DNA of 64,000 nt. Origin: Vitrella brassicaformis CCMP3155. Its lineage: Eukaryota > Protista > Chromerida. The notes under the pieces were generated by a model. The model was not told the DNA's origin and did no database searches. It worked only from the letters and a program-made list of their open reading frames with translations. The stretch spans positions 1 to 64,000 of the forward strand of contig CDMY01000302.1 of assembly GCA_001179505.1 (NCBI GenBank). The letters are read 5' to 3'. A program made the position numbers and the translations under genes. Shown here in pieces: positions 11,478-23,956 of the stretch (position 1 is its first letter; every line of letters starts with the position of its first letter).

Positions 11478-11795
11478 CGGGTTTAAGGCAGAAAGAGTTA
11501 GAGGAGGGCTTCTACGAAACCCAATTGGGATTCGACCGGCAGACAAAACCCTTCCCTTGGGTCCCCCCGTAGATGCTCAGGTAGCCTAGATGCGATTCCG
11601 AGGGCTCGTCAGAACAGCTGATCTGTCGGTGAGCGGTTCATGTGTCGATGACCAGTTTGTGCGGTGGCGCGCGTTGGATCTGGGCTCAGAGAGAGAGATT
11701 CGCCTGCTCCTCGTGCGCTTCTCGTGTGTATCTGTGCGCTCTCTGTGTGTCTGTGCAGGTGACTGATTGAGGATCGAGGCCTTTGAGTCGGAAGG

Positions 11796-13161
11796 ATGAT
11801 TCCTCCACGGTCGGTGTCTAATGTGAGCGAGAGCGACTTGGAGAGGGGAAGAGGTACGCCTCTTGTGTGTGTCCGTGTCCGTGTGATTGGAGGCGCATGA
11901 TCCCGTTTGTGTGTGGTTGTTGTCGACACGCGCGCAGGCGGTGCGCCTGATGACCCCCTGTCCCGCTCGACGAGCAGCGAGAATGTCATGCTGGATCCCT
12001 CACACTGGCACACTTACAGGTGGGACACACACACACGCACACGCACTTCTTGAAGGGGCACATCTATCGCTGCATCCATCGCATTTGTGTGTCCGTCCGT
12101 GTGGATGGGTGTGTGTTGCATCCAGTGACTCTAATCTGCTCAAGCCGTCCATCCACCACTCCCACAGCCATGTGGAGCACCACAGAAAGAGATCAGACTC
12201 CGAGAAAAGGTACACACACAGATAATTACACCCACACGGCACACACAGATGGACACGTGTGTGGTGTGTATGTGTGTGTGTGTGTGTAGGGTTCCGCGAT
12301 ACTTTTCTGTCCAGCATTTGGGCGCCCTCATCCCGGAGAAATACTCACCCTTTCACTGCGCAAAAGGTAATCACTGAACCCATCAATCATACGGAGGAGC
12401 TCTCTGTGTGACCATACCTGTCACACACATCCATCCATGCATATGTGTGTGTGTGCGAAGGTATCGTCCAGGGCTGGGGAGTGGGGAAGGGGTGGCAGTA
12501 CTGGAAGACCGAGATACTCAGCGGCCTCATCGTCTGCTTCGCACAGGTAGGTACACACACCATCCCAATCCCACACACACGCACTCGCAGTCACATGTGT
12601 CCTCTCTCTCTCTGTGTGTGTGTGTCTGCAGGTGCCCGAGACAATGGCCTTTTCCCTCATGGCCAATCTCGACCCCTCGGTAGCCACACACGCTGACAGA
12701 CACACACACACACACGAAGCACGTTGAGTTGATGGTGTGTGTGTGTGTATGTGTGTGTCAATATAGGTGGGTCTGCACGCGACATGGATAGTGGGCCTCT
12801 TCGCCACGGCTCTCGGCAACAGAACCGGTGTGTGGGTGGGGGTGTGGGTGTGGGTACACACACACATGCACGGATGGGTCCACTGGTGAGTGTGTGCGTG
12901 TGCAGGTCTGATTAGCGGCGTTACTGGGGCGGTTGCAGCTGGTAGGCATACCACGCACACACACGCAGCCAAAGAGGGACAGGGAGAGAGGGACAGTGAC
13001 ACGTGCACATTTTGTGTGTGTGTGTGTGGTGCTGGATGGGTGCTCTGCAACAGTGGTGTCTACGTACATCGAGAAGAAGTGTGAGGGCCACGGACACGAT
13101 GCCCACTGTGAATATATAGGTCAGTGGGTCTGTGGGGGGGTGCGGCCGACCACACACACAT

Positions 13162-13198
<37 letters not shown>

Positions 13199-13451
13199 TA
13201 GAGGAAAATGCGTGTGTGTTCCTGTTTGCAGGAGCAGAGGCCCTCTTTCTGTCGGTGCTCGTGGCCTCCGTCCTCATGTACGCGCCATGCCATGCACACA
13301 CAGCACGAATGCAATGCGTGGATGGATGGATGGATGTATCCCCAATCAAAACACGCATACACACCTCCCACACACACAGGTTTCTGTTCGCCCTGCTGCG
13401 GCTGGCGTCACTGATACAGCTGGTCCCCACTCCTGTCATGATCGGTACGCA

Positions 13452-13487
<36 letters not shown>

Positions 13488-14396
13488 CACACACGCACCT
13501 TCACCCGCTTATGATCTGTCTGTGTGCAGGGTTCGTCAACGGCCTGGCCATCGTTATCGGTACGTTCTTATCTTACCGACAGCATGCACACCACACGTAC
13601 TGACAGTAGGTATACGTACGTATATCGTGTGTAGGATTGGCGCAGCTGCACCCCTTCCAGATGGGCCCTGGGCACACGTGGGTCACCGGCAAGACGGTGG
13701 GTGCCGTGCCATGCACATACACAGATTCATCCATATGCATCCATGTGTGCGAGTGTGTGTGTTTGTGTGCGCACAGGCGGTGTTTATGGCGATTCTGTGT
13801 CTGCTTGCCATGATCACCGTACACACGCACACACAGCGGGAGAGAGAGAGAGTTTGTGTGCACCCACCTGTCCGTATGTGTGTGTGTGTGTGTGCAGATG
13901 GAGTTCTTCACAAGGGTGCCCGTCGTCGGGAAGCTCATTCCCTCCTCACTTGTCGCTGTGGTGCGTCCACACACACACACACACACACAGGCGAATGTGT
14001 GTTGCGTATGATGCATGCAGGCTTCCTCCGTTGCCTTTGAATTCCTCATCGTTAGACTTGGTACACACACCCACACGCACGATACACAGACGGACAGACA
14101 GACACACAGACACACAGACAGACAGACACATCTGTGTTTCCGTGTGTGGCTGCATCGCATCGCAATGCATCGCAGCGTTCGGGAGCGAGACACTGACCGT
14201 TGACGACGTGGCGCCACTCACCAGAGACAAAGTACACACACACACAGAGAGAGAGAGAGAGACATGAACGTATGTGTGTGTGTGTGTGTGTGTTTGTCCA
14301 CACACACACACACAGGCCTTCCCTTTGCCCTTCTGGATTGACTCACGATACGACATGGCCACCGGTAGGTACCTGCCTACGGACGTCTGTCTGTCC

Positions 14397-14428
<32 letters not shown>

Positions 14429-15656
14429 CCACGACAAAGGCGAAAGAGTTATTGGGGTCGGCGGAGGGGCGGACGACCGTCATTACACAAGGTGGGTCGA
14501 GGGCATGCACACGCTTACACAGAGTGGGAGAAGGAAAGAAAGAGAGAGTGCGGGCCTGTGTGTGTGTTCAGGTGTGACTCTGTTTATCGTGGCCACGATG
14601 GAGAACCTCATGACCACTGAAGTGGTCGCTGGTACGCATCTGTGTGTATGTGAGCGCTATAGTGCCTCTACCCTCCCTCCCTGTGTGTGCGACCAACCTG
14701 ACTGACAGACCTGCAGAAGACCCCATACGACGGCGACCAACAGATGTTCGGGTAGGTACCTATGACCCACACACACACACACACACACACACGTGAGCCA
14801 CGTGCTTGTGTGGGCGTGTGTGTGTATGTGTGTGTGCGTGTGCAGCACTGCGGTGGGCAACTTCTTCGCCGGACTGCTCGGCACAATGGGTACGCCACAC
14901 ACACTCAGACACACACACACACATCCATACCCACACACGTGTACGTGTGTGTGTGTGTGTTGATATAGGCGGTGACGCGATGATCGGGCTGTCGGTGATG
15001 AACTGCCGCAACGGGTCGACGGGCAAGGAAGCCGGTTTGGTCACGTCCATCTGTGTGTTCCTGATCCTCACGGGCGGCTACGAGATCCTCAAGTGAGATT
15101 ACTCCCACACAAACACACCGGCACACACACATGGGGATGTGTGTGTGTGTGTGTGTGATACGAATGTCCGGACAGTTACATCCCCATGGCGGCACTGTCG
15201 GGCATCATGTTTGTGGTCGTCTTCCACACCTTCAGATGGTGGGTGCCTTGGGGCACACACACACACACACACACACAGACCTTCCCCCAACACACACACA
15301 CACATGACATCGACGCGTGTTTGTGTATATCTGTGAATCACACACACACACACATGCACACACAGGTACTCCATTCCCATGGTGATCGGCACCTTCCTCC
15401 CGCCCTTTCTCAGACGGGGCATCTTCGACCAGGTGTCTGTGCGACACACACACACACACAGAGCCCTCTCTCTCTCTCTCTCTCTCATACCCTCTGTGTG
15501 TGTGATTGGGTGGGTTTGGTGTGTGCAGAGGATTCGTCGATGGGACGCGTTAGTCATTCTCGCTGTCACGCTGGTCACGGTGTTCACCAATATCATGATC
15601 TCAATCGGACTCGGTACCAACACACAGCACAGAGACGCAAGTTATGCGTTCGTTTA

Positions 15657-15692
<36 letters not shown>

Positions 15693-17403
15693 TGTGTAGG
15701 CATCTTCATCAGCGCGTTGGTGTTTGCGTGGGACTCACAGCGGCGGATGTCCGTCGACTGCTCGACCATTGAGGGCACCAAAGTAAACACACACTCTGTG
15801 TATACGCCCTCGCACACACACATACATTCGTCTCATTCCCTCTCTCTCTCGCTCCGTGTGTGTGTGTGTGTCCGCGTCAGTATTATGAGGTCTCAGGCCC
15901 CGTCTTTTTTGGATCGAAAGTGGGCAGACCCCCACACACAGACAGAGAGACCCATGACGTGCGCACATTTATCACGTGTGTGTCCGTGTCGACACTCCGT
16001 AGGTCAAGTTTGAAAGCATGTTCGACTATGACAACGACCCCGATGTGCGTGAGAGCCCTTTCTCCCCCCTCCCCCCTCCCCGCCAACACACACACATACA
16101 CGTGTGACATGCAGGCCTATCTCTCTGTGTATGTGTGTGTATGTGTGCGTGGTGTGCAGCACATAGTGATCGTGCTGCGTCGGTCGGGGCTCGCAGACTA
16201 CTCAGCGCTGGAAAGGTGCGCACACACACAGACGTGTAGATCTGTTTGTGTGCATCCATCCGTATCTCTCTGTCTCTGTCTCTCTTTCTGTCAGCATCAA
16301 CGCCGTCAAGCGCGAGTACCAGAAACGGAAGAAGACTGTGCGCGTCAAGGTGCGTGCCGAAACCGCACACCCATACTGATGTGCATCCATGTCCGTGCGT
16401 GTCTGCGTGAATGTGGTGCGACCAGGGGCTGTCGTCGGAGTGTGTGCGGATGCTCTCCCGTGCCGGGCGGATCCTCAAGCACGTCGACCTCGATATGGTC
16501 GAAATGGTGCGCGAGCAGACTCATATTGACACCACCACTCTGCAGATGCACCATCTGCTTGTGTGTGTGTGTGTGTGTTAGGATGTGCCTGAGATCCGTC
16601 CGTTTGCATCGCTGGCTTACGGCCTGCCCGGCATAGAGGTGTCGCGGCGTCTAACACAGGCACCACTGACCAACCTGCTCCCGCCACCGCACTACGAACG
16701 TACACACACGCAGCCGAGAGGGAGACATAGAGATACCACATGTTGCCCGTGTGTGTGTCTGTGTATGTGCAGGGGATGAGGAGGGTCTGCCAGTGTTCCG
16801 CAGACACATCGTGCCCCCAAGCAACATCGGATCGACGACACAAGAAAAACCAGGTGCTTTGATGCATCCACATACACAGGTTCATGTATGTGTGTGTGTG
16901 TGTATCCCTGTGTGTGTGTGGGTGTGTTGTGTGTGTGTGCAGCTGAGGGTGGCGGTGGCGGTGAGCTGCGGTTCCCCACACCCATGACCCCCAGGAGACT
17001 CAGCGACATACAAGTGTAGGTCCATTCATCCTCCATTTATCCACCCACCCACCCAGTGTGTGTACGTGTGTGCAGGCCGCCTGTGCCGGTGACAGAGCCG
17101 GTGCTGATGTCGCCTTTCCACTCGCCCATGATGGTCAGCCAGCCGGACATTCTGTCAATCATTCGCCCACATGTATGTGTGTGCATTGGTGCAGGTTCAG
17201 CGTCAACCATCCTTCCCACCTCCACCGGCACTCACGTAACCACTCACACGCACTCGTGTGCACCCATTTATATGTCGGTGTGTGTGTGGTGCGTGCCCAC
17301 GTGCAGGATATCGACACGTGGCGAGAGCGACGAGCTGCAGGACGGCAGCAAGGAGAGCAGAGACAAGAAGGACTCGACCCGCACCCATGACGACAAGAGA
17401 TGA
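11796..17403 (+). CDS. SulP/SLC26 anion (sulfate/bicarbonate) transporter with STAS domain, bacterial-type sequence, >30 small exons
   Basis: EILSGLIVCFAQVPETMAFSLMANLDPSVGLHATW..GNRTGLISGVTGAVA; PTPVMIGFVNGLAIVIG; GTMGGDAMIGLSVMN; STAS segment YYEVSGPVFFGS..LADYSALE; C-terminal exons to ..THDDKR* at 17403. Confidence 0.92.
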
Positions 17404-18233
17404 TGAGAGGATTGAAGGCGAGACACCCACCACACACATGAACACATGTACAGTACACACCATCCCCCTCCCCCCTTTTGCCCCCCCTCCCCCCTGCGCA
17501 CACACACAGTTTTCCACGATTCCACACATACACACACACACACACACGAGCAGGTGTCTGCTAGTTGCTGTCTAGCTGCTGTGCATTTTTCTCCATCACA
17601 TGACTGAGTGACTGGGTGACAGACAGACAGACTGACTGACTGAGTGGCCGATTCTGTGATTGTGGTTGTGATTGATGAATGAGATTTTCATATTATCAGC
17701 ACGGGATTGCATCCAATGGATAGCCGACCGGTCTATTTGTTGACAAAGGGGGGGGGGGGCAGAGAGCCTCAGGGAGGGGGGTACTCGTTTATGTAAGCAC
17801 ACACACACTCATTCGTTCGTTCATTCATTCATTCAGGGCCAGGGATATGATGCATTAAGTGTACAGACATGCGGACAGGCAGACAGGAGACTCTCTCTCA
17901 CTGCGCTGGGTGGGTGGTATTTGTTGTGGCCACGGGGTGGGGTCACTGGGGTGGGTTGTGTTGCATGGAACTGCTGCTCGCTTGCTGCTGCTATTGCTGC
18001 GGATGAAGAGACGAGCCGGACAGAAAGAGACAGACAGAGAAGAGACCTGACCTCGCAACCGACTGCTGTCACGTGACGCATTCCATCGGCGCACACTCAT
18101 CAAGCAATCAACACTTCGCGCATAGGTACACATGTGTATGCCATTGATTGCATCACTCATACACTTCTGACAACAGCGATCGCTGCGCCCGTACTCGGGC
18201 CCCAAATCTCTCCACACCCTCCCATCGCGGAAA

Positions 18234-21200
18234 ATGGCCTCTCCCGCAGTGGGGATGGCCTCGCCACCCCGCAGCCCCCTCACAAGTGACAAATTGAGCC
18301 TGCGTTGTGTGAACAAGGCCTTCAGTCGTGTGTACGTTCGTGTGGTTGAGGCGAGGCATCGCGAGAAGGTGGAGCAGGAGATCGAGATGGCCACGGAGAA
18401 GGAGGACAAGATGACACTGGAGGGCGGCATGACAGGGGGATTTGGTGGCGTGGAAATCAGCGTGGAGGCGAGCAAAGGAAACGAAAAAAGTAAGCGGCAC
18501 GCGTAGAGAGTGGTGACGCGAGAGATGAGGGTGTGATTTGACGCATTCAGGCGAGAAGAAACAGGAGAGGACCTTTGTTCACATCCAGTACGCCAAACTA
18601 AAGGACTCGCCCGGCTGGTAAGGACACAAGAGCATTCCACCGAGGCTTTATGTGTCTCCTGCCACGTGCACGTTCAGGACGGCTATTGACCCTGGCAAAG
18701 AGGCCATTGTGGCAAGCCTCGACTCCCCCCTCATCTCCATCATCATTGAGGACTCTGAGGCCTTTCAGCTGCTGAACCACCTCATACATCCAGAGCAGTA
18801 CCCCAACGGCATTGTCATTGAGAGGGTGAGCATGCACTCCTCCATTTATCTCGCAATATGATGTCTCTGTGTGCCTGCATGTAGGCCAATCCACCTTTCT
18901 CTCCGGTGGATGCTCTCGAGGAGGCGAATATCAAAGCCAAAGAGTCCGCCTTTCGCTTCAACAATCTCAGCACGAAGCTCGTCTTGACCGCCGTGGAGAG
19001 CGCGGGTCTTGGCGTGTCAGTCGGTTTGGAGGAGAAGAAGAGCCGTGAGATACATGAGGAGGCCGAGCACTCGCAGCTGTGGATGCGGCAAGTCGATGGG
19101 CTGTGTCCTGCGGACGCCTTTCGTTTGCTGCCGATGGCGTTTCCCGATAAGACGCTTGCATTGAGCACTATGATGGGCAACAAGCTTGTGCTGGCCTCAC
19201 CCACAATCAGTGAGGAAGAGGCGAAGTATCAGCAGTGGATCATGGTTCCAGTCGAGATAGAGGACATTGCGCAGCCGACGGGCAGGAGCAGGTGTGTGCG
19301 GCCTGTTCTGCTGCTGTCAGCCCTCCAAGGATCAGCTGGTTGCGTCGCTCGACATGCAGTTTGAGCAGAGGCAGAGGAGGGGAAGCAGCAAATTTGATGA
19401 CCACTATGTGGCCCTCAAGTGTTTCGGGTCGTCAGACCATGTCATAAGTGCGAAGGCATCTGGCAAGGGCAAGGGTCTGGTGATGGCGAAGGCAGAGAAC
19501 GGTGTACCAATCGAGGCTCTGTGGAAATGCAGTCGGCCGACTAAGAAGGTCAGCCAAATAAGATACCAATACCCACCACGATGTATTCCTTTTGCAGATG
19601 AGCCTGTTCGAGGCTTGTGCAGAGGGCAATACAGATGCTGTGCTGCAAATCGTCGAAGCGCATGGTGTCCAGAGTGTGCAGGAGATCGATGCGGTGATAA
19701 TGGAGCTCGAAGGAAAAGATGACGCGCATTCAATGAGTGACTAATCCATTGCAGGACGGTTTCACCGCATTACACTATGCCGCACAGAATGGCCACGTTG
19801 AGGTTGTCAAGGCGATTGTAGCTGCTGGCGGCACCAATCTTATCAAAATGCATGCAGAAGTAAAGGTCACATGAGACATACAATGGCACAGAACCAATGG
19901 TACCCACTACAACATCATCTCTTGCTTTCTGTCAGGACAAACCCACTGTCATGCATCTTGCGGCCGAAAAGGGTCATACGGCAGTCGTCATGGCACTTCT
20001 CGAGCCAGAAAAGGACCGTCACAAAGTCTTGTCGCTCACTGACAAGGTGAACGAGTTGTCAAGGGCTACGAAGAGAATTGACAATGAATTGACAATGGCA
20101 TTGCAGGAGTATGCAACCCCGTTCGCGTATGCCGCACGGAATGGCCATGTTGGCGTGATGAAGGTGATGTTTGAAGGTCGAGGCAAAGTGCTGTTGGAAG
20201 ATTATGCCCTGGTAAACAAACACACACACACACACACACATACACACACACACACACACAAAACGAAGGCACAAAGCTGCATCTTCTTGTTGTGGGTTCC
20301 AACAGGATGGTTTCTTCCCCATCCATGAGGCAGTTCATAAGAATCACGTCGCTGCCGTAGAGCAGATATTGACTTGGGGAGGCGAGAAGGAGCTGCACAG
20401 ACGCGACGCAGTCAGCTCAGAATAAAGAACTAGTCCTCGTCTGACACTGCGTGTGTTACTTGTCTCCTTCTTTAGAATGCAAGCACACCATTCCTCAGAG
20501 CTGCGTACAGCGGTCACGTCGAAGTGATGCAGGTGCTATATGATGTTGGCGGAAAGGACCTCCTCACACAACATGCAGATGTAAAGAATATACCACTGCC
20601 GCCTACTGAAACAGAATCCTGCTGGTGCTTCTCTTGCAGAAGAGCTTTCACTATACTGAGACAAAGAAGCTGAACAAAGCTGGAGCTGAAGCTGAAGCTC
20701 GTGACATTCAATGTACTTTTTCCACCGGTTTTGACAACGCCATCGAAAAAAGACGGGCAGACAATGTAAGTGTACAAGCATTTCAGCCATCGACAGGCGG
20801 TCATTTGCTCTGTGTGTGGCTACAGGTTACTTGGGTGGAGCTGTATCCAATCCATCTGGCATCCTGTCAGGGCCATGTCGATGCAACGAATCAGCTCATC
20901 AAGTGGGGAGGAGAAGAAGAGTTGAAGAGAAGCAACACAGTATGCTGGAAGGGAGATGAATCACTAGGCAGCTCTCTGATTACTTGCGTGGCTGCAGTAC
21001 CATTACACACCATTTCTCCTCGCGGCGCGTCGTGGTCACCTTGACGTGATGAGGGCAATGTTTGCGAAAAAGGGCGAAGAGTTGTTGGAGCAACAGACCT
21101 CGGTAAGGAGCCAGACATCAGCAAATAGAATCAAATATATGGGCTGTGTAAATGTACAGAGTGGCAAGTTTGCGATTCATCTGGCAATTGAGAAAAACCA

Positions 21201-23331
21201 CGTCACCGTCATCAGCCAGCTAGCCCAGTGGAGCACACAAGAGCTCGACAAATCTGCAGTAAGGCGTCTTCTTTTGGCCCCGTATGCAGTGTATCATTGG
21301 GTTTCTGTGGATGAATGCAGTGCCTGTACATTGACGGACGGCATGTGGTGTTCACACCCTTTTTCGTCGCCATACGGCATGGTCGCCTTGATGCGATGCG
21401 GACGATATATGCCAGAAAAGGCAAGGCGTGTCTCTCCGAGAAAGTAGACTTCGGCGAGGAGACGAACGCCATTGCCAAACCTATGGCACGGGTCGCACGG
21501 CCTTTCACTGACGATCATGTGAGTGCCACCATACTGTCGACATAAACAAATTCCATTAGTCCTGACGTGTATATGGAATGCAGAGAAGCAGGTTCCCAAT
21601 CCATTATGCAGCTGAAATTCGAAACGTCGCCATAATCGATCTGCTGCTCTCGTGGGGCGGGAAAGCCGAGCTGGACAAACATGATGAGGTGAGGTATCGC
21701 ATGAATTGCGTTGACAATGTGGCTGCCACATGTGTCTATTGTTGGTGGTCATAGAAAAAGAGGACACCCTTTCTCATAGCTGCGGCTGACGGTGCTGTCG
21801 ATGCAATGCGGACGATGCATGCTGTTGGAGGCAGCGAGCTGCTAGAACAACACGATGAAGTGAGATGGGTACATGACAACGTCAGGTGATATCTTTGTGA
21901 TGTGCATGCAGGATGGCAACTATGCCATTCATCTAGCAGTTCTCAAGAGAAAGAAACTTCCCAAGTGGGATGGTATTCATCCTTCCATCGAAGACCACGA
22001 GCATTCTTCTGAAGCCGTCAAGCAACGTGGTCTTGAAGCAGCCGTCAAGCAACTGATGGAGTGGGGTGGCGCTCAACTCTTGACCAAGAAGAACAATAAG
22101 GTGAGGCATCGCGCAAATTGTGTTGACGATGTGGATGCTGTCTCTATGATTGGCGGCTACAGAAAAAGAGGACACCCTTTCTCATAGCTGCGGCTCGCGG
22201 TGATGTCGATGCAATGCGGGCGATGCATGCTGTTGGAGGCAGCGCGCTCTTAGAGCAACACGATGAAGTGAAAGAGGAAGGGTACAATGAGACAAAATCA
22301 GGTGACATCTTTGTGATGTGTACGCAGGACGGCAACTACGCTATTCATCTAGCAGCTATGGAGAATTCTGTTGCGGCCGTTGAGCAACTGATGGAGTGGG
22401 GTGGTGCCCAACTGCTGACCAAGGAGAACAATGAGGTTGCTTTTCTTGTCGCTTTAATCTCATGATTTTGCTGCTTGCTTGCCTCAGAAAAAGACCCCAC
22501 TGGATGTTGGAAAAGGTCAATCGAGTACGGACCCTGTCCTGTTGTTTTGGTGGTATGAGGGGAGGTCGACACCGTTTCTTCTCGCCATGCGAGATGGTCG
22601 CCTTGATGCGATGCGAGCGATATATATATTCGCCAGAAAAGGCAAGGCGTGTCTCTCCGAGACCACAGAAGTAAGTGCCACTGCACTGCCGACATAAATA
22701 AACTTGATTGGTCCTAATGTGGATGTGGAATGCAGATGGGCAGCTTTCCAATCCATTACGCAGCTGAGGGGGAAAATGTTGCCATGATTGATCAGCTACT
22801 GTCGTGGGGCGGGAAAGCCGAGCTGGACAAACAGGATAAGGTGAGGTATCCATGAATCGCGTTGACAATGTGGTTGATGGTATGTGCCTATCATTGGTGG
22901 CTACAGAAAAAGAGGACACCGTTCCTCATAGCTGCGGTTGGCGGTCATGTCCGCGCAATGCGGGCGATGCATGCTGTTGGAGGCAACGCGCTCTTAGAAC
23001 AACACGATGAAGTAAGGGGAATAGTGCCACGGGATAGTATCAGGTGATATCTTTGTGATGTGTACGCAGGACGGCAACTACGCTATTCATCTGGCGGTTG
23101 AGCAGTTCTTTCTCAGACGGGAGTTCCTTCCGGTCGTTAAGCAACTGATGGACTGGGGTGGTGCCCATCTCCTGACCAAGGAGAACAATGAAGTGGCTTT
23201 TCCTGTCGCTTTGATGTCATGATGATCTTACTGCTTGCTTACCTCAGAAAAAGACCCCACTGGATGTTGCGCCCGGAACACTCGCTCGCGATCCGGGCGA
23301 AGTACGGCAGTTCCTCCGCAGCTATAAATAG
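18234..23331 (+). CDS. Multidomain protein: unassigned N-terminal domain with beta-hairpin-like segment, ricin-B-like beta-trefoil, ~19 ankyrin repeats
   Basis: Ankyrin exons such as DGFTALHYAAQNGHVEVVKAIV and NASTPFLRAAYSGHVEVMQVL, all phase 0. Three QxW-like subdomains (SQLW, QQW, ALW) at 18945-19546. Ends KKTPLDVAPG..RSYK* at 23331. The start codon is uncertain. Confidence 0.85.
21340..23260 (+). repeat. Internal tandem duplications of ankyrin exon-intron units
   Basis: The KKRTPFLIAA exon + DGNYAIHLA exon unit occurs three times (~21720, ~22100, ~22860) with similar introns. The TPF..KGKACLSE + FPIHYAAE block occurs twice. Confidence 0.9.
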
Positions 23332-23867
23332 GCCATTTTCTGTTGTCTTGGTATCGGACGGCGCATAGGAATGCTGTGTGACAGTGTGTGTGAGGACACG
23401 TAGTCATGTGGCTGTTGGTCATATATATGGTGTGCCGTGAGACTCAAGAGCTTCACTGGCGCAACATACGAGCCTGTCACGTTGCGCAGAAGAGGGAGAC
23501 ATGGCAATAGTTGTAGTTGCGTGCACACACGGCAGATCCACACAACGCTACGCGCACACACGCACAAAGGCTGTGAACACTGACGAGCATGGCGCCGCCC
23601 ACACTCACTCACCCACCCACCCACCCACCCACCCACAGAGAGACGACCGAATAAGCGCAGGGGGTGGATGGACGCCGCCCTCGTACACACACACAGAGAG
23701 AGAGAGAGAAATGTCTTGGAAACACGTGACACCGACCTATGGTATATGTGTGTGTCTGCAGCGTTTCCCCCAGTGGTTCGCATGCATCGCCTGTTTGCTC
23801 GTGCGCCGAGAGTGCCGAGAGTGCCACATGTTTGCTCTGGTGCGTGTGATGCGTGGTGAGTGCCGCG

Positions 23868-23905
<38 letters not shown>

Positions 23906-23956
23906 TGTGCTGGCTCCAGAGGCGAAGACAATGGCTCCAGCAGCGGCGCACACAAA

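Noticed and set aside
17159-17547. Minus-strand signal-peptide-like ORF MGAGRVLLVSALLAAVLQLVALA
   Set aside because: It is the antisense of the last, charged SulP exon, which has proper splice sites and phase on the plus strand.
19598-23331. CRISPR-like or transposon interpretation of the periodic repeats
   Set aside because: The repeats are coding ankyrin exons separated by spliceosomal introns; no cas, transposase, RT or integrase motifs were seen anywhere in the window.
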